In this document: positions 30,453-40,254 of the stretch, piece after piece | How positions within the stretch are numbered: position 1 is the stretch's first letter | Layout: the number at the start of each line of letters is the position of its first letter | Assembly (NCBI GenBank): GCA_963662265.2 | Contig: CAXXHA010000011.1 | Location: 64,001 to 128,000 of the forward strand | Length of the DNA stretch: 64,000 nucleotides | Direction of reading: 5' to 3' | Source of the DNA: Spirochaetia bacterium | Lineage (GTDB): Bacteria; Spirochaetota; Spirochaetia; CADAEX01 | Notes under the pieces: generated by a model | Told to the model about the DNA's origin: nothing | The model's input: the letters and a program-made list of their open reading frames with translations, nothing else | Database searches by the model: none | Program-made: the position numbers and the translations under genes

Positions 30453-32339
30453 TTATCTTTTCAAGATCAGGTCAAGTAAAATATCCTGCTGGGAATAGTC
30501 GGGAATTATAAAATCAGCTCCCGCTTTTATCAGTCTTTCCCTTTTTTCCCTGTTGAGACTGTATCGCCTGACCTCATCGCTTGCAATACCTACAGATATT
30601 CCCCCTGCATTTACTGTCTGAGCTATCTCAACCGGACCGTCTCCGAATGTAATAAGGTTCTCCGCATTCTTACTTCCTACAGTTTTTATTATCCTGCTGA
30701 TTACTGCTTTTTTTGGATCATCTGCAATATCATCTGACGCTCCGAAAATACCTCCGTTAAAGAGATCATTATACCCGAGCAGTTCTGCCTCTTTCTTTAC
30801 ATCTTCTTCATCAGTTCCGCTTGCAAGATATAAAATTACCCCTTTTTCCCTCAGTTTTTCAAGGAAATCCACAGCTCCCTTGATTGTTACATCCTGTATA
30901 TCCAGTTCCATGTTGCCCAGTTTTTCAATTCTCCTGTTTACAAGCTGCATCAGCCTTTTGTTGTAAATTTTCTTGTATTCATGTATATCCAGAATCATAT
31001 TCTCCGGAACAAGTCTGAATTCCCTGATCAGATTAGTAAGACCATCCATCTGAATAAGAGTCATAAGTCCTGTTGTCTTGTCAATAAAATCACTTACCCT
31101 GGCCTGTATTATCCTATAAAGGGAAGAATCAATGTCAGCTTCTCCGATTATTGATTCTGTCATCATCGGATGCATAACCTCTTCCCATCCCTGTCTGAGT
31201 GTAGAAATTGTACCATCATGATCAAAGAGTGCGAATTTTATATTCCTGTCAAAGTCAGATCTCTTTATTATCTCAATTTCTGAGTTCTTAAGGTATTCTG
31301 CCTTTGAATGGTTCAGGGCCAGTTCCGGATTGTAAATATAAACTGCCTCATTTTCCATTTTCTGTATTTCTTCAGGAGATGCAGTCCCTGTCGTGTGAAG
31401 TTTTTTTACAGTCACAGCAGCAGCAAGATTTCCTATAACTGCAGCATCATGGGAAGGAAACCCTGAGCCTGTAGCTGCGGCAATTGCAGCAAGCGCTGTG
31501 TCTCCGGCACCTACTGTATCAATCTCAGACAGGATCTGTATTCCCGGTATTTCCATGCAGCCTGTACTGCTGCATACAATAATTCCCCGTTCCCCCCTTG
31601 TGAGGAAAACAGGTTTCTCCCATATATTGTAAAGCTCCTTTGCAGCCTTCAGATCTTTGTCCCAGCTTTCCTCAAGTTTTATCCCGTTTTTTTCAAGTAC
31701 TTTGAAAGCTTCTTCCCTGTTGATTTTTCTGCTTGTTCCCCTGAAATCCTGCGAAAAATCCCTGCTGTCTGTTATGCACAGAGTCTCAGGGGATCTGTTC
31801 AGCAATTTAACCAGCTGTTTTCTGAAATAGTCTGAATGGATCCCTGAAATCAGCTGCTGGTTGATGATGAGAATATCTGTATCAGGAAGAGCTGTTTTAA
31901 GATTTGATAACAATCTGTCAGCTGTGGTATTTTCAAGAAGGTTGAAATTACCGAAATCAATCCTGTTCCCTTCGGTTCCGTTTTTCAGTATTTTGGTATA
32001 GACATTTGTAATCCAGTTTTTCTCCTGTATAACCATTCCCGATATATCAATCTGTTTCTTTTCAAGTTTTTTTAAAAGCTCTCTTCCGAACATGTCTGAT
32101 CCGGTAACCCCGAATGCAGATATTTTTTCTACACCCAGAACTGCAAGGTTTACTGCAACATTTCCGGCTCCTCCAGGCGAAGAGCAGAAATTTCTGACAG
32201 GCAGGGTTGCAAGACCTGTTTCTATTGAAATTTCACCGGATTCAGGATCTGTTGCGATATAGAAATCCAGAGTAAAATCTCCGATAACTGCGGCTCTGCA
32301 GTCCGGTATTTTTGAAAGTATCTGTTTCACTGAATTCAT
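30453..32339 (-). CDS. Fusion of RfaE/HldE-like PfkB kinase and HAD hydrolase
   Basis: N-terminal VIGDFTLD, PGGAGNVAVNL, TRGERG and DTVGAGDT; C-terminal FDHDGTIS, LASGT and FGDGPVE. Confidence 0.85.
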   Translation of the reverse strand: MNSVKQILSKIPDCRAAVIGDFTLDFYIATDPESGEISIETGLATLPVRNFCSSPGGAGNVAVNLAVLGVEKISAFGVTGSDMFGRELLKKLEKKQIDISGMVIQEKNWITNVYTKILKNGTEGNRIDFGNFNLLENTTADRLLSNLKTALPDTDILIINQQLISGIHSDYFRKQLVKLLNRSPETLCITDSRDFSQDFRGTSRKINREEAFKVLEKNGIKLEESWDKDLKAAKELYNIWEKPVFLTRGERGIIVCSSTGCMEIPGIQILSEIDTVGAGDTALAAIAAATGSGFPSHDAAVIGNLAAAVTVKKLHTTGTASPEEIQKMENEAVYIYNPELALNHSKAEYLKNSEIEIIKRSDFDRNIKFALFDHDGTISTLRQGWEEVMHPMMTESIIGEADIDSSLYRIIQARVSDFIDKTTGLMTLIQMDGLTNLIREFRLVPENMILDIHEYKKIYNKRLMQLVNRRIEKLGNMELDIQDVTIKGAVDFLEKLREKGVILYLASGTDEEDVKKEAELLGYNDLFNGGIFGASDDIADDPKKAVISRIIKTVGSKNAENLITFGDGPVEIAQTVNAGGISVGIASDEVRRYSLNREKRERLIKAGADFIIPDYSQQDILLDLILKR

Positions 32340-32414
32340 AATCTGATACTCCCGGATATTAAAATATTGTTTATCAGGATGGGTTACAGCTCTTTTATAA
32401 CCCTAAATTAAAAT

Positions 32415-32443
32415 TTGACTATTAAAAACACTCGTGGTAGAAT
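32415..32443 (+). promoter_or_regulatory. Sigma70-type promoter of the sugar ABC operon
   Basis: TTGACT-17bp-TAGAAT with TG extension. Confidence 0.7.
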
Positions 32444-32456
32444 TTGAAACAATATA

Positions 32457-32474
32457 ATTGTAACCGGTTACAAT
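32457..32474. promoter_or_regulatory. LacI-type operator (perfect 18-bp palindrome)
   Basis: ATTGTAACCGGTTACAAT just downstream of the -10 box, the usual repressor position. Confidence 0.85.
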
Positions 32475-32507
32475 GAATAAGTAAAGTAGTCCTTACTGGA
32501 GAAAGTT

Positions 32508-34010
32508 TTGAGTAATGAAGATGTAATTTTACGGGCCTCAAATATCTGCAAAAGCTTTTCTACTGTCGAAGTACTTCACAAAATCTCATTTGAAATTGAA
32601 AGAGGAGAGATACTCGGGATTATCGGGGAAAACGGCGCCGGTAAATCTACAATGATGAAAATACTTGCAGGGATCCATACACCTACATCGGGAGAGATTT
32701 TTTTTGAAGGGGAGAAAGTTCTGATCAACAAACCCCTTGATGCGAAAAAAATCGGGATAAGTATAATTCCCCAGGAATTCAACCTGATCAATGATCTGTC
32801 TGTTTATGATAATATTTTTCTCGGTTCAGAAATTCTCCTGTCCAACAGGCTGCTGAACAAGGAAGAGATGAAAAAGAGAACCAGGTCTCTTCTGCATGAT
32901 CTGCAGGTGGAGATTTCCCCGGATGAGAAGATTGAAAACCTGAGTGCTGCCGAAAAGCAGATGGTAGAGATCAGCAAGGCTCTTGCTTTCAGGTCCAAGG
33001 TGCTGATAATGGATGAACCTACTTCTGTTCTTACCCAGCATGAGATAGATATTCTTTTCGACAAGATGAGGAAACTGAAGGAGTCAGGTCTCACAATCAT
33101 ATATATTTCTCATAAACTGAAAGAAGTAAAGGCAATCTGCGACCGTGTTCTTGTATTGAGAGATGGTGATTTTGTACTTGAAAGCAAAGTAGGAACTATT
33201 TCACCTGAAGAGATGGCAAAAAGCATGGTCGGACGGGAACTTTCCCAGGTATTTCCGGAAAAGAATACTCCTGAAGATAAAGTTGTTTTTGAGGTTAAAG
33301 ATCTTTCTATTCCCGGCCTCCTTGAAAATATCAGTTTTACACTTAAGAAAGGCGAGATTCTCGGCCTCGGCGGCCTTGTAGGGGCCGGCAGGACAGAGGT
33401 TGCTGAAGCAATAATGGGCTTAAGGGGAATTTCATCAGGCGAAATAACTGTTAGCGGCAGTAAAGTAAATATCAGAAATCCGCAGGATGCTGTCGGTGTC
33501 GGAATCGGATATCTTTCAGAAGACAGGCAGGGGAGCGGCATAATCACTTCTTTCAGCGTTGCGCATAACATGACACTTGTTTCCCTGAAAAAATACAGTG
33601 ACAATTTCATCCAGTGGATTGACAAGATAAGGGAAAAAGAATCATCAGAGAAATTCAGGAATCTTTTTAATCTCAAGACTCCGTCTCTTGATACAGAGCT
33701 TGAACACTTAAGCGGTGGTAACCAGCAGAAGGTATCATTTTCTAAAACCCTTGATACACAGCCTGAAATCCTGATAGTTGATGAACCGACAAGAGGTATT
33801 GATGTTTCTGCAAAACAGGAAATATACCAGTTTATTAATTCACTTGTTCAGAAAGGGCTGTCATGCATAATAATTTCCTCTGAAATTGAAGAACTTATCG
33901 GTATGTGCAACAGGGTTGTAGTTATGCATGAGGGAAAGATCCCCGGGATACTGGAGGAGGACAGTATTAATGAGGAAGAAATTATGTTGTATGCAACAGG
34001 TTTAAAGTAA
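32508..34010 (+). CDS. Monosaccharide (CUT2) ABC transporter ATP-binding protein, RbsA-like
   Basis: GENGAGKST, IMDEPT, SEDR, LSGGNQQKV and DEPTRGIDV; two ABC domains. Confidence 0.95.
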   Translation: MSNEDVILRASNICKSFSTVEVLHKISFEIERGEILGIIGENGAGKSTMMKILAGIHTPTSGEIFFEGEKVLINKPLDAKKIGISIIPQEFNLINDLSVYDNIFLGSEILLSNRLLNKEEMKKRTRSLLHDLQVEISPDEKIENLSAAEKQMVEISKALAFRSKVLIMDEPTSVLTQHEIDILFDKMRKLKESGLTIIYISHKLKEVKAICDRVLVLRDGDFVLESKVGTISPEEMAKSMVGRELSQVFPEKNTPEDKVVFEVKDLSIPGLLENISFTLKKGEILGLGGLVGAGRTEVAEAIMGLRGISSGEITVSGSKVNIRNPQDAVGVGIGYLSEDRQGSGIITSFSVAHNMTLVSLKKYSDNFIQWIDKIREKESSEKFRNLFNLKTPSLDTELEHLSGGNQQKVSFSKTLDTQPEILIVDEPTRGIDVSAKQEIYQFINSLVQKGLSCIIISSEIEELIGMCNRVVVMHEGKIPGILEEDSINEEEIMLYATGLK

Positions 34011-34017
34011 GGAGGAA

Positions 34018-34992
34018 TTGAAAATGGTTAAAGGTATGGAAATTGTTAAAAAAATCAGCTGGCAGCGTTATGCCTCCTTTTTTGCCCTTGTTTTTCTCTT
34101 TATTCTGTCGTCATTTCTGAGTCCCTATTTTTTGAAACCTCAGAACATCATCAATATAATGAGACAGATATCATATACCGGTATAATTGCACTTGGAATG
34201 ACATTTGTAATAATTACAGCAGGTATCGACCTTTCAGTAGGTTCTGTTGTTGCATTTACCGCTGCAGTGGTTGTGCTGTCGATGAACGCAATGCTCAGGG
34301 TCATTGAAAGTGAAGCTCTTGTTCTTATTATAGGCATCCCCATAGGACTTGTTGTAGGCGGAGCTGCGGGAGCGTTTAACGGACTTATGATAACTAAAGG
34401 CAGGATTGCCCCATTTATAGTAACCCTCGGTTCTATGTCTATTTTCCGTTCACTGTCACTTTATATCGGTGATGCGGGGGAAATACAGTCACATAACACT
34501 CTTTACGGAAAACTTGGAATGGGTTCTTTTCTTTTCATTCCTGTTCCTGTCTGGGTTATTCTTATCCTTGCGGCAGTTCTTCATCTTGTTCTCAATAACA
34601 CAAGATTCGGCAGATACCTGTGCGCGATAGGGTCTAACCAGAAAGTAGCAATGTTTTCTGCTATCAATGTCGACAGGATAAAATTCTATACATATACCCT
34701 GATTGGTATGCTTGTTGGTATAACTGCGATTCTTCTGGCATCCAGGTTTAATGCTGTAAGTACATCAAACATGGGCCTCACTTACGAGCTTGATGCTATT
34801 GCCTCTGTTATAATAGGCGGCACTGCCATGAGCGGAGGACGGGGCACAATCTGGGGTACTGTCTTCGGCGCTGTAATCCTTGGAATAATAAACAACATGA
34901 TGAATATGGTGGGGGTATCACCCTATCTACAGGGAACAGTAAAAGGTCTTGTAATAATCATAGCTGTATATTTTCAGAAACAGAAACAGTAG
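34018..34992 (+). CDS. Monosaccharide ABC transporter permease, RbsC-like
   Basis: GMTFVIITAGIDLSVGS, PFIVTLG, TRFGR..AIGSN and YELDAIASVIIGG motifs. Confidence 0.95.
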   Translation: MKMVKGMEIVKKISWQRYASFFALVFLFILSSFLSPYFLKPQNIINIMRQISYTGIIALGMTFVIITAGIDLSVGSVVAFTAAVVVLSMNAMLRVIESEALVLIIGIPIGLVVGGAAGAFNGLMITKGRIAPFIVTLGSMSIFRSLSLYIGDAGEIQSHNTLYGKLGMGSFLFIPVPVWVILILAAVLHLVLNNTRFGRYLCAIGSNQKVAMFSAINVDRIKFYTYTLIGMLVGITAILLASRFNAVSTSNMGLTYELDAIASVIIGGTAMSGGRGTIWGTVFGAVILGIINNMMNMVGVSPYLQGTVKGLVIIIAVYFQKQKQ

Positions 34993-35013
34993 TTTTTCAG
35001 GGAGTAATATCAT

Positions 35014-36036
35014 ATGGCAGATAAAAAAACTGTTATTGCATGTCCTTTTCCCCAGAAGCTTGAAACTGTATTTTCCGAAAAAAAACTGAAACAGCTTAAA
35101 GAACTGACTGATTTTAGATTTCTGGGAAATGGCGAGGTTGAGTACAGTAAACTTGATGAAAATATTTCAGATGCATTTGCCCTTATTGGACAGATGGATC
35201 TGCCCAGGGAACGGCTTGAAAGAGCTCCCAATCTTAAAGTTATTTTCAACGTCGAGGGAAATTTCTACCAGAATATAGATTATGATTACTGTTTCAGAAA
35301 CAACATATATGTTCTCAACTGCGGTGTAGTATATTCAAAACCTGTTGCAGAAATGGGACTTTCATTTGCGATAGATCTTGCAAGGGGAATCACACGGGAG
35401 GACAGAAGGTTCAGAAACAATGAGGAAACATATCTCGGTGACGGGTGCAGGGATTCTGTTCTGCTGTCGGGAAGCGATATAGGCTTTATCGGGTTCGGCA
35501 ACCTGGGACGAGCGCTTCTTAAGCTCCTGAAGCCGTTTAACTGCCGGATAAAGATATATGATCCATGGATTCCTGAAAATGTAATTATGGAAAACAACTG
35601 TATTCCCTCTTCCCTTGACGAAGTCTTGAGTTCTTCCAGGTTTATATTTGTAATTGCCGGAATTACAAAGGAAAACCAGGGGTTTCTGAACCGGGAAAAA
35701 CTTTCTCTTATTAAAAAAGATTCTTTTTTTATACTGTTAAGCAGGGCGGCAGCTGTTGATTTTGATGTTCTTGTCGATTTTGTTTCTGAAGGGAGGTTTA
35801 CTGCAGCAGTTGATGTTTTTCCCGAAGAACCCATGCCTCAGAACCACAGGGTGCGTAAACTTGAAAATATGATTCTTTCCCCTCACCGTGCAGGGGGAAT
35901 ACCGCAGGCTTTTGATTTAATCGGAGAGATGGTTGTCGATGACCTTTCACTTCTTTTACAAGGGCTTGCACCGGTCAGAATGCAGAAAGCTTTATTTGAA
36001 ACTGTAAAAAGCATGATCAGCAAACCTGCAGGTTGA
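35014..36036 (+). CDS. D-isomer specific 2-hydroxyacid dehydrogenase
   Basis: VAEM, GFIGFGNLG, YDP, SRA, DVFPEEP and SPHRAG motifs. Confidence 0.9.
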   Translation: MADKKTVIACPFPQKLETVFSEKKLKQLKELTDFRFLGNGEVEYSKLDENISDAFALIGQMDLPRERLERAPNLKVIFNVEGNFYQNIDYDYCFRNNIYVLNCGVVYSKPVAEMGLSFAIDLARGITREDRRFRNNEETYLGDGCRDSVLLSGSDIGFIGFGNLGRALLKLLKPFNCRIKIYDPWIPENVIMENNCIPSSLDEVLSSSRFIFVIAGITKENQGFLNREKLSLIKKDSFFILLSRAAAVDFDVLVDFVSEGRFTAAVDVFPEEPMPQNHRVRKLENMILSPHRAGGIPQAFDLIGEMVVDDLSLLLQGLAPVRMQKALFETVKSMISKPAG

Positions 36037-36110
36037 TTATTTGCATTTCATGTATCCGGAATTTAAAAAGTAAACGGATGCTTTATGAATATTTCATAGG
36101 AGGATTCATT

Positions 36111-37160
36111 ATGAAGAAAAATCTTTTACTTCTGCTTGTAGTTATACTGGCAGTATCATTCTTTGCATTTACTGGATGTGCGGAAAAAGAAGCTGCAGCT
36201 CCTGCTGCTCCTGAAGTATCTGCCTCAGATGCACAGCCTGTTGCAAAGAATTATGTTGGAAAGATTGGTATTTCTCTGCCGACAGCTACACACGGTTATA
36301 TGGGACGTGTTAACTGGTGGGTTAAAAAGGCAGTTAAGGACTGGAAAGCATCAAATCCCGGTCTTGAATTCCTTGTTGTAACAGCTGACAGTGTTACAAA
36401 ACAGGCTTCAGATATTGAAGACCTGATGATCAAGGAAATTGATGCAATTGTTGTATTTCCTTTTGACTCCTCTCTGACATCTGTTATTGAAAAAGCCTAT
36501 AACTCCGGTATCTATACTGTAGTTCTTGACAGAGGCGCTACAAGACCGGTTTATGATGTTTATATTTCAAATGATGATGAAGGTTATACACGTGAAGGTA
36601 CAAAGTGGATTGCACAGCAGCTCGGCGGTAAGGGAAAACTTGCTGTTATAGAAGGTATTCCGTGCGAAATCAACACAATAAGAACAGAAACAATTAAAAA
36701 GACAGCTGCACAGTATGGCCTTGAAGTTATTGATTCACAGCCTGGAATGTGGAACCCTGAAAAAGCACTTGCTGTAATGGAAAATTATCTTCAGAAATAT
36801 CCGCAGATTGATGCAGTCTATACTGCTGATGATGATATGATGAAGGGTGCTCTTCAGGCTTACAAGGAATCAGGAAGAAGCGATATCAAGGTATTTCTGG
36901 GCGGCGGTGCTGACAAGGAAATACTCAAGCAGATTATTGATGACAGCAACCCTCTTGTCAAAGCAGATGTAACATATCCGCCTGACTGTATTGCAACTGC
37001 AGTAGGTCTTGCCGTCCTGGGATATAACAAACAGTCATTTGAAGGTTTCTACCAGAAAAAACTGCCTGTAAGAATAATTCTTTCTGCAGAACTTATTACA
37101 AATGAAAATGCAAAACAGTATTATGAAGCTGATGAGCTTAATTTTGAAAAAGTTAACTAG
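36111..37160 (+). CDS. Sugar ABC transporter substrate-binding lipoprotein (RbsB-like)
   Basis: AGGAGG RBS; lipobox FTGC; Q.SDIEDL, VVLDR, W...KA and DDDM motifs. Confidence 0.9.
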   Translation: MKKNLLLLLVVILAVSFFAFTGCAEKEAAAPAAPEVSASDAQPVAKNYVGKIGISLPTATHGYMGRVNWWVKKAVKDWKASNPGLEFLVVTADSVTKQASDIEDLMIKEIDAIVVFPFDSSLTSVIEKAYNSGIYTVVLDRGATRPVYDVYISNDDEGYTREGTKWIAQQLGGKGKLAVIEGIPCEINTIRTETIKKTAAQYGLEVIDSQPGMWNPEKALAVMENYLQKYPQIDAVYTADDDMMKGALQAYKESGRSDIKVFLGGGADKEILKQIIDDSNPLVKADVTYPPDCIATAVGLAVLGYNKQSFEGFYQKKLPVRIILSAELITNENAKQYYEADELNFEKVN

Positions 37161-37180
37161 CTGAAATCTGTTAGGTAATC

Positions 37181-37216
37181 GGCCGGGTAATTCATATGAT
37201 TTATCCGGCTTTTTTT
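37181..37216 (+). terminator. Rho-independent terminator
   Basis: ggccgggtaa...ttatccggct followed by a T run. Confidence 0.75.
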
Positions 37217-37361
37217 ATTACAAGTGAATCATGTTTTTAATTATTAAATGCTGACACCTGCCAGATTATTATCTATACGATTTTCTTTATCCTGATATAA
37301 AGCTTCTGAAAAGCGGTTTATAAATATTCTGCATGGAGAAATATCAGTTGAGAGATGCAGA

Positions 37362-38372
37362 TTACTGTGTGAAATCATATTTATAGAGAATATCCCTGTT
37401 TACAGCAGTGTAAAACATTTTTTTCACCTGTTCGTATTCTCTTGTCTGCCCAAGTATCCACATCAGTTTTGTCATCGAAGATTCAACTGTCATGTCATAT
37501 GACTGAAGAACAGGATTTTCCATAACCCTTTTTCCGACTTCGTATAATTCAAGATCGCTTCCTTCAAACATGACCTGTGTTGATATCACAATAATCTTGT
37601 TTTTCCTTTGAATAGATTCGAGTGTTTTCAGAAAATTTCTCCTGTCCTCGAAAGGAATTCCCCCGCTTCCGTAGCTCTCTATTACTACTGCATCGTAATG
37701 GTCGCTTATATATTCAAGAATATCAGGTCTCATTCCAGGGGCAAGTTTGAGAAGAAAAACATTTGAATTAAGCTCTGTATAGAATACAGGCTTCCCTTTT
37801 TTCTCAGGAGCAGCATCGATAAAATATGTTATGCTGCTTCCGTTTACTGTAGCTGTATAAGGGTAGTTTATGCTTTCAAAAGCATCAAAGCTTTTTGTCT
37901 TTACTTTCTTACTTCTTGTTCCTGTAATTACTTTACCGTTAAAAACCAGGAAGACTCCGTGTATATTTTCACAGGCTACAAGTATGGAGTCCTTAAGATT
38001 TCTCCGTGCATCGGTAATTTCATCACTGATCGGCATCTGGGCGCCTGTGATTATAACAGGTTTGCTTATTCTCTGAACAAGGTAGGAAAGAGCGGATGCT
38101 GTATAGGATGCTGTATCTGTTCCATGTGTAATTATGAAGCTGTCATAACTGCTGTAGTTGTCCCTTATAACTTCTACCATCCTGATCCAGTGTTCAGGCT
38201 GGACATTTGTGCTGTCAATGTTAAGAAGTTCAAATGTATTTATGATATAGTCTGAATTGTTTTTACCTATATATTCAAGCAGCTTTTCAGGATTCAGTGA
38301 CGGTTTCAGCCCTCTGTCAGTTCTAGAGCATGCTATTGTTCCGCCGGTGGATATTAAAAGAATTTTTTTCAT
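37362..38372 (-). CDS. ansA: L-asparaginase type I
   Basis: ISTGGTIA, IDST, THGTDT, ITGAQ, AFESIN and DMTVE...KL motifs; no signal peptide. Confidence 0.92.
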   Translation of the reverse strand: MKKILLISTGGTIACSRTDRGLKPSLNPEKLLEYIGKNNSDYIINTFELLNIDSTNVQPEHWIRMVEVIRDNYSSYDSFIITHGTDTASYTASALSYLVQRISKPVIITGAQMPISDEITDARRNLKDSILVACENIHGVFLVFNGKVITGTRSKKVKTKSFDAFESINYPYTATVNGSSITYFIDAAPEKKGKPVFYTELNSNVFLLKLAPGMRPDILEYISDHYDAVVIESYGSGGIPFEDRRNFLKTLESIQRKNKIIVISTQVMFEGSDLELYEVGKRVMENPVLQSYDMTVESSMTKLMWILGQTREYEQVKKMFYTAVNRDILYKYDFTQ

Positions 38373-38502
38373 ATTTAATTATAATAGCTAACTGACTGAT
38401 TTGCATACAAATAAGCGGGGATAAAACACAGTGTAGCATTGCCTTTGAAGGCAGGTTTTACCGGTTTATCCCCTTTTTTAAAGAAAAAATTATCAGGAAT
38501 TA

Positions 38503-39090
38503 TTATTTCAACTGATATTCTATATTATATATTTTTCCATCTTCGATACCGTAATCCATTTCATTGATGCGTATGATATCCCCGAGACTGTATCCGGCTG
38601 TTTCTGCAATTTTTAAAGCTCTTTGTTCCGCAACAACAAGAAGTGATTCAAGATCTGACGGGGCTTTCTGTTTAGCAGATCTGTCATAAACATTCCTGTA
38701 AACACCGGTAGCACCGGAATTACGGAATTCATTCATCAGTTTATCCGGATCCATATCATCTGTAACACGGATATCCACAGCTTTCCGCGCAATGTATTTT
38801 TCTGAATCTGATTTATCTTCCGGATTTTTATAGGTTGAATTTTCCGACAGGTTATAATCATTTTCAGTCAATCCCCTGTTTTCAAGCAGTTCCAGAATAG
38901 AATAAAAAACTTTATCACAATTTTTTTCCGCTTCTGTCATATCAGGTGCTTTTTTTTCAACAATAATATTTATCCTGTCATCATTATATCCTAAAGCACC
39001 AACAGTCACTGAAACAGTTTTTGCAGGCGGAGGTGTGATACAGGATGTCAGCAGGACAAGCAGCGGCAGTAATTTTAATAAACTTTTCAT
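38503..39090 (-). CDS. SIMPL (DUF541)-like lipoprotein
   Basis: Lipobox LTSC; TVSVT; A..RA.KIAE.AG..LG.I..I.E motif; GGAG RBS before ATG 39090. Confidence 0.6.
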   Translation of the reverse strand: MKSLLKLLPLLVLLTSCITPPPAKTVSVTVGALGYNDDRINIIVEKKAPDMTEAEKNCDKVFYSILELLENRGLTENDYNLSENSTYKNPEDKSDSEKYIARKAVDIRVTDDMDPDKLMNEFRNSGATGVYRNVYDRSAKQKAPSDLESLLVVAEQRALKIAETAGYSLGDIIRINEMDYGIEDGKIYNIEYQLK

Positions 39091-39347
39091 ATGATTCTCC
39101 TTCACATTCAAAATTACAGCTAATGTTACATGCTATCAGGAATTGATACAAGATGAGACTGATATTACCCGGGTTTAAATTTGATATCTTAACTGGCTGA
39201 AAGAGGGTTGTGCAATGTTATTACTGTACATCAGGGATAATATCGAAAATATTAATTGCAGATAATATATACGCTGATAATAAAAATCCGGATTCTGGTT
39301 CAAACCGTATTAAAATACAGATAATCTACTTCAAAAAAAAAGTTAAA

Positions 39348-40142
39348 TTATAAAACAACACCGTAGGCTTCTGTAAAAGCCTCTTTTGTATACTCGTAGG
39401 AGGAATAGGCAAAGCCTGAATCTCCCCATTCCTTTCCCCAGCTGTTCATGACTGTAAAGTAATTTTTATCATATCCGGTTATACAAACAGCATGCCCGCC
39501 GGTTTTTTCCTTTGGAATATAATATTCAAGACGGCCTTTGCTTTCTGTCGCATAGTCCCATGATTTATCAGTATCAAGTCTTGTCAATATCGGGCCGTTA
39601 AATGCAAGCCATCTCTTCCAGTCATCAAGGTTTCTTCCAAGATTGTGATAGCTTTTTATTTTAAGCTTTGCTGCCAATGCATAGAAATCCTGCCACTCCA
39701 TCATGGATAACCTGCCGTCCATTGGAAGAATTTCTTCAAGGACACAGCCGTAGTTTCTGGCGATTCGGAGAGATAATTTTACCTGGGTACCCTGGGTTTC
39801 AAGGAAAGTAGAGGGATAGCTTGTAATTTCATCAGTTTCCTTGTTTGCCATCCATATAAACCTTGCAGAAGGCAGATCTGACTCTGATATAATACCTTTC
39901 CTGACATAATGCCATTTCAATACACCATATGCAGTTGAATAACCGACACAGGCTCCGGTTTTCCCCTGATTCTTAACTTCCCACCAGTCTTCACGCAGAT
40001 CAACAGAAGATGGTATTTCAGACTCCGTATCAAGAAGTCCTTCCGATTTTGCTTTTTCAACAGACCAGTCATCCTGTGTATTAAGAGATGGAACACAGTT
40101 CAGGATGTGATTGTTTTCATCAATATTGATTTTATCCGGCAT
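39348..40142 (-). CDS. C1 family (papain-like) cysteine peptidase
   Basis: PSSVDLR, NQGKTGAC (catalytic Cys), GGHAV (His) and NSWG..WG..G (Asn). Confidence 0.92.
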   Translation of the reverse strand: MPDKINIDENNHILNCVPSLNTQDDWSVEKAKSEGLLDTESEIPSSVDLREDWWEVKNQGKTGACVGYSTAYGVLKWHYVRKGIISESDLPSARFIWMANKETDEITSYPSTFLETQGTQVKLSLRIARNYGCVLEEILPMDGRLSMMEWQDFYALAAKLKIKSYHNLGRNLDDWKRWLAFNGPILTRLDTDKSWDYATESKGRLEYYIPKEKTGGHAVCITGYDKNYFTVMNSWGKEWGDSGFAYSSYEYTKEAFTEAYGVVL

Positions 40143-40254
40143 CTTTTATTCCTTTTTTTCCATAACTATAACTTTGGATCTTATGAATACGCAATAATAT
40201 TATTTTCAAGGTGTGAAAATAGATGATACTTCCAGTTTTTAATAATAATGTCTT

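Noticed and set aside
29592-32339. Ordinary LPS ADP-heptose biosynthesis locus
   Set aside because: No adenylyltransferase, HldD or heptosyltransferase is present, and the genes share operators with a sugar importer.
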